DNA of 64,000 bases from Takakia lepidozioides. Its lineage: Eukaryota > Plantae > Bryophyta. Under the pieces are notes generated by a model. The model was not told the origin of the DNA. It saw nothing but the letters and a program-made list of their open reading frames with translations, and did not search any database. Each line of letters begins with the position of its first letter. Position 1 is the stretch's first letter. Where the stretch lies: NCBI GenBank assembly GCA_030704615.1, contig CM060732.1, forward strand, positions 43,028,001 to 43,092,000, written 5' to 3'. Below, piece after piece: positions 11,715 to 21,268 of this stretch. The position numbers and the translations under genes were made by a program.

Positions 11715-12716
11715 ACCCAAAGTGTTGTGTGGGTTGAGGGAATGGGAGGAAGTGCTGCAAGCAGGACAACGGTCATGCACTCGCGGGCACAAATTTGTAG
11801 GGAGACAAGAGAGAGAGAGAAAGACAACTGTAGCGCGGTTACTGGTAGACCGTCAATAGTTATAAGACCAATGATACTTGCCTGATTTAGAGACATTGGA
11901 TTTCTCCCTCCCAAGTTGGCCAACACTCTTACAACAAAAATGCAAGCATGCAACACGAATGAAGAAGACATGATCCTCCAGCTTCAAGTCTAGATCAAAG
12001 GCGAACTCCCTCTACCCATTAGTAATGGTGTGGCCATCGCTTTAAAAACTTAGTTTCCAAATCTCCCCATATGGGCTTTCGAAAGTTATGATCTTGCTGA
12101 GGTGGTACGTGTGTTTCTTCATACAGGGGAGCGTCAAGAACTACCATTGAGACAAAAAAAAAACGATGATTAGTCTGGAATTCTAGACTGCAAAATACAG
12201 TGGCGTCAATTCACCAGTGAAAACACTCACAACAAACCACTTCTACAACGCTTCTTAGTCGAAGGAAACAAACTGTTCTTACCACTTTGCACCACACGTT
12301 ATCGTACATCATGCCTCGGCTCATCCTCTTTATGACAAACGGCTTGTCCTTACCTCATTCCCTGCTTTCTCGAGTGCTTTCTCTACTCCAAATATAAATC
12401 TACCTCGTTGAACCTCCATGGCGGTCCTTGTCTCTATAAAAACCGAAGCTCTCCGAAATGGGCTGGCGATTGCTTCAAAGAGCCCACACAAACTAGCGAA
12501 GATAGAAAGGTCGTCGAGAACAGTGACGCTCGAGGGTTTGGATGGATGAATAATTCATGCATATGTGACATGTCGCATTGACTAGGTACAGGAAAATCGC
12601 GATTCAGAGGGAGTGTCAAGGGCTACGTCTCAAGCCTGTCATGAGCATTTGTGCAAGCCATGAAAAATTTGAGGATTCAAAATGGTGAAGCACTTAAACA
12701 TGTGATCTACCTCTAG
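11715..12716 (+). pseudogene. Decayed ~330-codon reading frame of unknown family
   Basis: One frame with 7 internal stops, all TAG/TGA and so consistent with CAG/CGA deamination. The inverted copy of its 3' part differs mostly by conservative changes in this frame (K/R, D/E, I/M, L/F). Confidence 0.45.
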
Positions 12717-13358
12717 CAATTTACCTGAGTGCGTGCATGTGTTCATAGAGAGGATTAAATTGCGTTTTCTATCAAAGAACATTAATATATGAACGTGGTC
12801 AAATCAAGTGAATCAATTATCTTCAGATTTGAGACTTGTCGTGACTTGCTAATTAAAATGGAATTGGCAAAGATTTTGAGTCGCAGATGCACTATTTTTG
12901 TCTCCAGGTGATTCAACCTCTGCGCAGGTTGCTAAAGCTGATCAGCTGTGCTTTATGGTCCTTCATCAGATCAGTGAAGAAAGCGGTGAAAGAAATTATT
13001 ACTTTCAGATTCAACAGTTCGAGATGCACTGGCTTGCCCCAAGAAGTGCGTCGTGTAGATTAACAAACCGACGAGAGATGCTGGGAGAGAAAAGAAGAAA
13101 CACAAATAGAAAAGAGAAGTGCAGGCAGGCAGACTAGCCCTTGACACTTCCTCTGAATCGCGATTTTCCTGTACCTAGTCAGCGCGACATGTCACACATG
13201 CAGGAATTATTCATCCATCCAAACCCTCGAGCCTCAATGTTCTCGACGACCTCTCCATCTTCGCTAGTTTTTGTGGGCTCTCTGAAACAATCGTCAGCCC
13301 ATTTCGGAGAGCTTCGGTTTTTATAGAAACAAGGACCGCCATGGAAGTTCAACGAGGT
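12402..13358. repeat. Long inverted repeat: 224-bp arms (12402-12625 / 13135-13358), 509-bp spacer
   Basis: ORFs 12434..12619(-) and 13141..13326(+) translate almost identically. About 15 mismatches in 224 nt by manual comparison, no gaps. Confidence 0.92.
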
Positions 13359-13937
13359 GTATTGTTCTTACCACACGTCATCAAGTCACAACCTCAATTA
13401 GCTTCAGTTAGCAATGAACTCAAGTTAAAGTACTAGAATAGCAATTGGAGATAATTCAAGTTTAGCATGTAGTTATGTTATAGTTATCTTTATTGATTTT
13501 ATTCATTTAGCTAAAGATTTAAGTCAGAGTAACAAAATAGCAGTTGAAAATAACTCAAGTTGAGCTATCTAAGTTAATTCTAGTACAGACCTTGAGTATA
13601 AATAGGAAGAGCTCAAAAGGGAATAACAACTTGTTGTATTTCTATGTTGCATGCATGTGATCCCCCAAATGTAAATAGACACGGACTAACATATACAGCA
13701 TTATCACGTTTTAGAAAAAAATTAAATTTGTTCCTGTAACTCATTTTCAAGTCTACAATTTTCATGTAGATGATGACATACGTGAAGTAATAAACAAACT
13801 AGAAACAATACATTAAATTTACAGCATCTATGTTGTACAAATCTAATCATACAATCATTGAATATTTGTTCAACGCACAATGCACTATCGTGACATTATA
13901 AACAACCATAAACCTACGATCATCATTTTACAGCCGA

Positions 13938-14068
13938 TTTTTTTATTTTATTTTTTACCTCTTATAACAGGAAGGTGGACACCTTCATAACACATCAGAC
14001 GGTGGTTTGAACCCACAACCACATCCAACGTGGTATGTGCCCATTACCACTGGGCTACATGCTGGTTG
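13938..14068 (-). mobile_element. tRNA-headed SINE, copy B
   Basis: Reverse complement reads CAACCAGCATGTAGCCCAGTGGTAATGGGCACATACCACGTTGGATGTGGTTGTGGGTTCAAACCACC, with an A-rich tail. Confidence 0.75.
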
Positions 14069-14233
14069 TCCCCATTTGTAACTCCAACTAGGGCGTTGCT
14101 CCGCACTACTAGCGACGACTTCTGAGAAGGACGTCCGGACGAATGGGCCATACTCGAGGATCATGAGAGAGAGAAAATATGGTGGCCCCCTTACATGGAA
14201 CGTTTAGATGTGTCTAATTTAAGCTCTACCAAG

Positions 14234-14554
14234 CTATGCTTTTGCTCCAGTTGTCACTTTGTCTCCTCCTTGTGCTTTGGCCAACAGTTTGACCCCTTTT
14301 AATTGGAATGAAAGCCCGTGTTTCTTGTGATGGAAATTCATGTTACACTTGACTGCAACGAGATCCCCTGAACGTACGGATTCTCCATCCATTTTTTGGC
14401 CATTTTCGTTAAGGACTTCTAATGTATTGTACATCCCGTCGTTGTTTGTTTTTTGACATTTGTTGTTTCTGGACGTCGAGCCAGAGTTGTTGTTTGTGTT
14501 AGTTTTTAGGAGCTTTTTCGTGAAGCTCATGTTGTTTCCACCCATCCACGTCAT
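14234..14554 (-). CDS. 106-aa ORF resembling the C-terminal half of T7 gp2.5/Enc34-type OB-fold ssDNA-binding proteins (possibly truncated)
   Basis: NTLEVLNENGQKMDGESVRSGDLVAVKCNM..HGLSFQLKGVKLLAKAQGG, compared from memory with T7 gp2.5 INLVVVDSKGKKMEDVPIIGGGSKLKVKYSL..ASVKLQLESVMLVELATFGG. Intronless. Confidence 0.5.
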   Translation of the reverse strand: MTWMGGNNMSFTKKLLKTNTNNNSGSTSRNNKCQKTNNDGMYNTLEVLNENGQKMDGESVRSGDLVAVKCNMNFHHKKHGLSFQLKGVKLLAKAQGGDKVTTGAKA

Positions 14555-14616
14555 GTCCTCGCCTCTCCTCTGTCGGCTATTTCCGACGTTGACATGGTTG
14601 TTTGTATGTATGGTGT

Positions 14617-14642
14617 AGAGAGAGAGAGAGAGAGAGAGAGAG
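14617..14642. repeat. (GA)n microsatellite just upstream of the SSB-like ORF
   Basis: Visible AG run. Confidence 0.9.
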
Positions 14643-16159
14643 GCAGGGGCAGATGAAAGTATATAATGAAAGTATATATCAGTGGGTTTTTTAGGAGAAT
14701 TATTAAACCCTAAGAGTGCAACTTTAAAATTAATCACGCTAATCTATAGAACTGTGGCTTTCTCTCTCAGACCGAGGTTGATGCTACACCGCTTTGTTGG
14801 GAAGTTAGGTGCAAAGTGCGATGTAACAGTATGTTATATTCCTCTGCTTCACCTGTACTTGGAAGCATCATTCGATTAGGGACCCTCTCACAATCGGTTA
14901 TTTTTTTAGCAACAACACCTAGTGAAGACGAAAGGCCTAGTCCATTGATGTTTGATTCAGGCCCAGCTATGCTGATTGAGGAATTCCAATAGGAGCTGGC
15001 CCTACACTTCCTGCTCACAATTGTTTTGTTCCTGTCATAAAACCAGAGAACCTCACATCAGAACGTAAAGGCTTACAAATACATACAGATCCATCTGCAC
15101 TTTTTCAGTGCTCAAAGACTGGCACAGGCATCAGAATACACATGAGGTTCACCTACCAGGCATCACCCATTCACAATCTCCAAAGCCTCCTTGCCACTCA
15201 GTACATAAACATAGTACACATAAGTTCCTTGCTTTGCATCCTCAATGCACCCACATTGGGCATACATGTCCACCAGGGCAGAGTTCAGAATGACATCTGG
15301 TACAATTCCAGCTTTGACAATGTCACCATAGACCTCTTTTGACCTTTTCCAGGGCTGCCAGGCTTGCACAAGCATTGCAATCGCACAAAAACATGATGTG
15401 CTTGGGCTTCACCCCTTCCCCCATAATTTGATCATAGGTCTCCAAATCCACCATCCCACGTCCCTGCTGTGCATACCCTGCGATGCTTGTGAGTGGCGTG
15501 AATCCACATCAGAGTTCGTTGGCACTAGGAAAGGGTTGAGACTGAGCTGCTCAACTACTCCCTGGTCTTACTGGGTTTACATAGTGTGCCAAGCACAACA
15601 TCTGGTGCCAAAACCTCCATCCAGTGCCCCTGCTGTGCAGACCCTACAAACATCAAGTTCCACGACACCACATCTCGTTCAGCCATACTGTTCCCTTCAT
15701 ACATGTCCACGAGGGTATTGTTCAGAATGACATGTGGTACAATTGCAGCTCTGACAATGTCGCCATGGACCTCTTTGCCCTTCTCCAGAGCTGCCAGGCT
15801 TGCACACGCATTGCCAACTATCAAAGGTTCACTCAACCAGTAACTTGCAGAAATCAACATGAAAATTTAAGGACGATTTCGATAAGGGGGGAAAACAGGG
15901 TGAAATGTTTTGAAGAAGATGCCTTCATTAGCAGTGCCTGATTTTATGAATTGTGCCGCAGATGCTGAATCTGGACCCACACTTTTCCCTTTTCCATGGC
16001 TGCTAGGCTTGCACAAGCATTGCCAATGCACACAAACGTGATGTGGTTGCACTTCACCTTTTCCCCCATCATTTGTTCATAGGTCTCCAAAGCCTCCATC
16101 CCGCGCCCCTGTTGTGCATACCCTGCAAGCATCGCGTTGGGCAATGTTCAGAATGACAT

Positions 16160-16390
16160 CTGGTATTTGAGGGGGTGTGCTAATGAGCCCAAAAGCTATG
16201 GCCAGCTTTTCGCTGTGGTGGTAAAGAGCCTGTTCCTTCATCTGCTGATCCACATCACGCAACACAAAGCGTGTCTCAGGCACATATCCCGCCTCCTTAA
16301 TCTGCCAAGTCAATCTCTCTAACGCATCATAGATCTCCTCTGCTTGTGGGTGAGATCTATCTCCAATGGCAAATGTATCCATCTTGTGAT
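16160..16390 (-). pseudogene. DYW domain N-half, fused back onto a PPR motif
   Basis: TFAIGDRSHPQAEEIYDALERLTWQIKEAGYVPETRFVLRDVDQQMKEQALYHHSEKLAIAFGLISTPPQIP runs directly into DVILN. No CxxC motif and no DYW terminus. Confidence 0.88.
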
Positions 16391-18984
16391 TCCACCTTGA
16401 AAATACATTCTGCAGCACACTCTGCTAACTCCACATTTCCATAGATTCTGCGGGCACCAAGCAAGGCCCCTCACACTGAAGCACCTGGTTTGAGTGCCAT
16501 GTTGGCAATAAAATCTTCTTCATCCAAGCGCCCTGCATGGCCAAGGAGGTTAACCATGCAGGTGCAGTGCTTTTCTGTTGGTGTAATGCCATGCTCTTGA
16601 CACATGGATTGAAAATAATGACCACCTTCATCTACAAGGCCCAAATGGCTGCATGCAGAGAGAACACCAATAAATGTGACCTCATTTGGCTTCACACTAG
16701 TACAAATCAATGAGGGCATTCCTGACGTAGCATCTGACTTACACACAGATTTGATAATGTAGGCATGGACCCACTTGCCCTGTTCCAGGGATGCTTCACA
16801 CCCTCTCTTTGCATTTGTCGAAAGAGTTTGAAAGCCTCCTCACCATGACCACTATGTGCACATCCTCCAATCATCGCAGTCCATGAGACCACATCTCGCT
16901 TAGGCATTCTGACAAACACATTGAGTGCATCCATCACACTCCTGCACTTGCAATACATACTGACAAGGGCATTCCCGAGTCCAACATCTGACTCAAATTC
17001 AGTTTTGATGATGCTGGCAAGGAGCTGCTTGCCCCGTTCTAAAGCCTCCGGGCCAGCACAAGTGTTGAGGACAATAATAAAATTGACAATATCTGCCTTC
17101 ATGCCTTCTCTTTGCATGCGCTGAAAGAGTTAAAAAGACCATGACCATGCTGAGCAGATCCTGCAATCATAGCAGTCCACGAGAGCCCATCTCGCTTGGG
17201 CATTGCACGTCAAATACTCGGGTGGCATCCATCAAACTCTCACACCTGCAATACATGCTGACAAGGGCAGTCCCCACAGGGACATCCCCCTCAAGTCCAG
17301 CCTCAATGCACGCACCACATCACGTTCAGCAATACTGTCAAACACTCCATTTGCATCCTCGATGCACCCACATTTGACATACATGTCCACCAGGGCAGTG
17401 TTCACAATGACATCGGGTACAATTCCAGATTTGATAATGTCACCATGGACCTCTTTGCACTTTTCCAGGGCTGCCAGGCTTGCACACGCATTGCAAATGC
17501 AAACAAACGTCATGTAGTTGGGCTTCACCCCCTTCGCACATCATTTGCTCATAGGTCTCCAAAGCCTCCATCCCGTGCCCTTGCTGTGCATATCCTGCAA
17601 TCATCGCACTCCACGACACCACATCTCATTCAGCCATATTGTCAAACACTCCCTTCATACATGTCCACGAGGGTATTGTTCATAATGACATTTGGTACAA
17701 CTGCAGCTCTGACCATGTCACCATGGACCTCTTTGCCCTTTTCCAGAGCTGCCAGGCTTGCACACGCATTGCTAATGCATAGAAACGTGATGTGGTTGGG
17801 CTTCACCCCTTGCCCCATCATCTGATCAAGGTCTCCAAAGCCCCCATACCACGTCCCTGCTGTGGATACCCTGCAAGCATCGTCTTCAATGACACCACAT
17901 CTCGTTCAGCCATAGTGTTGAAAACTCCCTTTGCATCCTTAATGCACCCACATTTGGCATACATGTCCACTATGGTAGTGTTCACAATGACATCTGGTAC
18001 AATTCCAGCTTTGACGATGTCACCTTGCACCTCTTTGCCCTTTTCCAGGGCTGCCAGGCTTGCAAACGCACAGATGTGATGTGGTCGGGCTTCACCCCTT
18101 CCACCATCATTGCTCATAGGTCTCCAAAGCCTCCGTCCCGCGCTCCTGCTGTGCATACCCTGCAAGCATCGCGGTCCACGACACCACATTTCATTCAGCC
18201 ATATTGTTGAACACTGCCTTCGCATCCTCAATGCTCCCACATTTGGCATACATGTCCATGAGGGCATTGTTCAGAATGACATCGGGTACAATTCCAGCCC
18301 TGACAATGTCGCCATGGGCCTCTTTGCCATTTTCCAGAGCTGCCAGGCTTGCGCATGCATTGCAAACACACACAAACGTGATGTGGTTGGGCTTCACCCC
18401 TTCCCCCATCATTTGTTCATAGGTCTCCAAAGCCTCCACCCCACGTCCCTGCTGTGCATACCCTGCAAGCATCACGCTCCATGACACCACATCTCGTTCA
18501 GCCTGCATATTGTTGAACTTTCAAAACTGCCTTTGCATCCTTAATGCACCCACATTTGGCATACATGTCCACCAGGGCAGTGTTCAGAATGACATCTGGT
18601 AGAATTCCAGCTTTGACGATGTCATCATGGACCTCTTTGCCCTTTTCCAGGGCTCCCAGGCTTGCACACGCATTGCAAACGCAAAGGAACGTGATATGGT
18701 TGGGCTTCACCCCTTCCCCCATCATTTGCTCATAGGTCTCCAAAGCCTCCCTGCTGTGCATACCCTGCAAGCATCGCGCTCCACGACACCACATCTTGTT
18801 CAGCCTGCATATTGTTGAAAACTGCCTTTGCATCCTTAATGCACCCACATTTGGCATACATGTCCACCAGGGCAGTGTTCAGAATGACATCTAGTACAAT
18901 TCCAGCTTTGACGATCTCATCATGGACCTCTTTCCCCTTTTCCAGGGCTCCCAGGTTTGCACACGCAAGGCTGCCCTTCACTCA

Positions 18985-19232
18985 TCCATGTCACAAACCG
19001 GAAATGAGTTCAGGGTTTTATGCCTAACTGTTGTTCGGACATTCTGCACTCTTCCAACATGGCCTTGGACACGTCAGCTTCCAAGTCAACTTCCAAGTCA
19101 ACTTCATCTTAGCAGGGTCAGTTCCTCTTGCCTAATATCCAGGTACTTGAAATCTCCTCTTCCCGTTCTGCCAGGACTTCACTTGTTGGACTGGATGTTG
19201 GCAGATCCACTACCTTCGTCTCCAGACACAAA
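18985..19232 (-). mobile_element. Non-LTR family A internal fragment abutting the DYW HSEKLAIGF motif
   Basis: Reverse complement TTCAAGTACCTGGATATTAGG..TGACCCTGCTAAGATGAAG..GTTAGGCATAAAAC..TGTGACATGG aligns with 7500-7700. Confidence 0.8.
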
Positions 19233-19560
19233 ACCAATGGCCAGCTTCTCACTGTGGTGGCAAACAAAAAATTCCTTTTCCTCCTCCCCCACATCATGCA
19301 ATACAAACACGTGTCAGGCACATACCCCGCCTCCTTTCATCTGCCCAGACTCAGCTCAGCATGGATTTCCTTAATTCTGGGATGTCATCTACAACGAAGG
19401 TGTGCACCCTATTGCCAACCTCAATGTAGCAGCGACCTGGCTCCTTTCTAACCCCTCTAACCTTCATCATTCTTCTCACCTTTGCAGTATTATCCCACCT
19501 ACCAGCTGCAGCATAGATGTTTGATAGCAACACATAAGTCGCGGCATCCTAGTGTTCATC
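19233..19560 (-). pseudogene. E2 / PG-box / DYW N-half remnant
   Basis: YVLLSNIYAAAGRWDNTAKVRRMMKVRGVRKEPGRCYIEVGNRVHTFVVDD..GYMPDT..VLHDVGEEEKEFFVCHHSEKLAIGF, with frameshifts. Confidence 0.88.
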
Positions 19561-20874
19561 CCATTTGAGGATAGATGTTGCCGCACGTTCAGCCATCTCC
19601 ACATTGCCATGGATTCTGCAGGCACGAAGCAAGGCCTTCCACACCACAACGTCTGGATTGATTGGCATCTTATTAATCAGATCCACTACCTCATCCAGTT
19701 GTCCCGCACGTCCAAGAAGGTCCACCATACAGCCAAAGTGCTTTACTGTCGGAGTGACACCATGATCTTGATTTCCTTCATTCAGTAGGTCAGAGTGGCT
19801 GCATGCAGAGAGAACACATATAAAGGTGATACTGTCCGGCTTCAAGCCATTCTTTTACATTCCCTCAAATAGTTGCAGGACCTCCCTATGACACCATGCT
19901 GGGCATATCCTGCGAACATCGCGTTCCACGACACCACATTTCGTTCAGCCATATTGTCAAACACTCCCTTCGCATCCTCAATGCACCCACATTTGGCATA
20001 CATGTCCACTAGGGCAGTGTACAATTCCAGCTTTGACGATGTCACCATGGACCTCTTTTCCCTTTTCCAGGGCTGCCAGGCTTGCACAGGCATTACAAAC
20101 AGAAACAAACGTGATGCGGTCGGGCTTCACCCCTTCCCCCATCATTTGCTCATAGGTCTCCAAAGCCTCCATCCCGCGCCCTTGCTGTGCATACCCTGCA
20201 ATCATCGCACTCCACGACACCAAATCTCGTTCAGCCATACTGTCAAACACTCCCTCCGCATCCTCGATGCACCCACATTTTGCATACATGCCCACGAGGA
20301 TATCGTTCAGAATCACATCTGGTACAATTCCAGCTTTTGCGATACAACCATGCATTCTTTGCCCTTTTCCAGGGCTGCCAGGCTTGCAAATGCATAGATG
20401 TGATGTGGTCGGGCTTCACCCCTTCCACCATCATCTGCTCACACGTCTCCAAAGCCTCCATCCCGCGCCCCTGTTGTGTATGCCCTGCAAGCATCGCGTT
20501 CCATGACACCACATTTCATTCAGCCATATTGTTGAACACTGCCTTCGCATCCTCGATGCTGCCACATTTGGCATACATGTCCGCGAGGGCAGTGTTCAGA
20601 ATGACATCTGATACAATTCCACCTTTGATAATGTCACCATGGACCTCTTTGCCCTTTTCCAGGGCTGCCAGGCTTTGCACACGCATTGCAAACGCACACA
20701 AACGTGATGTGGTTGGGCTTCACCCCTTCCCCCATCATTTGTTCATAGGTCTCTAAAGCCTCCAGCTCATATCCATGCTGGGCATATCCTGCAATCATCG
20801 CATTCCAGGACACCACATCCTGTTCAGCGTGATGTGGTTGGGCTTCACCCCTTCGCGCATCATTTAGTCATACG

Positions 20875-21268
20875 CCTGTACCTCTGTTTACCAACTTTGA
20901 AAGTCTCGAGGCTGAGCCAAACGCCCAGGCCCTTTTGGGGCCTAGTTATTGGGCAAACCACACACAGCAGGTTGATGCTTGTGTAAAGGGATTTCTAGAG
21001 GATATCTGGAAAACCCGGATCAATTGTTTAAACTGGGCGCGGAGTCAATGGCCACAAGGCTACGGCAAACAACGTCTTAGGAATACTCTCTCTATCTCTC
21101 CCTCCAGACGAGAGGAATTCAAGGTCAGATGGTTGGGTCAGCTGCAATGTAGGACTAAAAACACATACCCTAAGTTAATCGACTCTATCTTGGAAGCAGG
21201 ATTGCCCTGTCAAACAGGTTAAGTCCTGGCGGAAGAAGCGGTTTTCAAGGATCTGATTCTGAGTCCGC
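20875..21268 (+). mobile_element. Non-LTR family A: 3' end with CT tail followed by an upstream segment of the same family
   Basis: 20875-21103 matches 7930-8190 and 50480-50770(-). 21104-21268 matches 7395-7565 (ATACCCTAAG(T/A)TAATCGACTCTA). Confidence 0.8.

Noticed and set aside
11702-11718. Interstitial telomere or chromosome-fusion scar
   Set aside because: Only about 2.5 CCCTAAA units, compatible with a common telo-box.
19400-19460. DYW:KP-type (U-to-C) editing factor
   Set aside because: The box reads KEPGRCYIEV followed by HSEK, which is the ordinary PG type; the diagnostic C-terminus is missing.
17620-20520. CGA>TGA stops in PPR repeats repaired by U-to-C editing
   Set aside because: Plant U-to-C editing is known for organellar RNAs. 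These are nuclear CpG-type mutations accompanied by frameshifts.
15150-20870. CRISPR-like or satellite array
   Set aside because: The repeats are protein-coding PPR triplets with no repeat-spacer structure.
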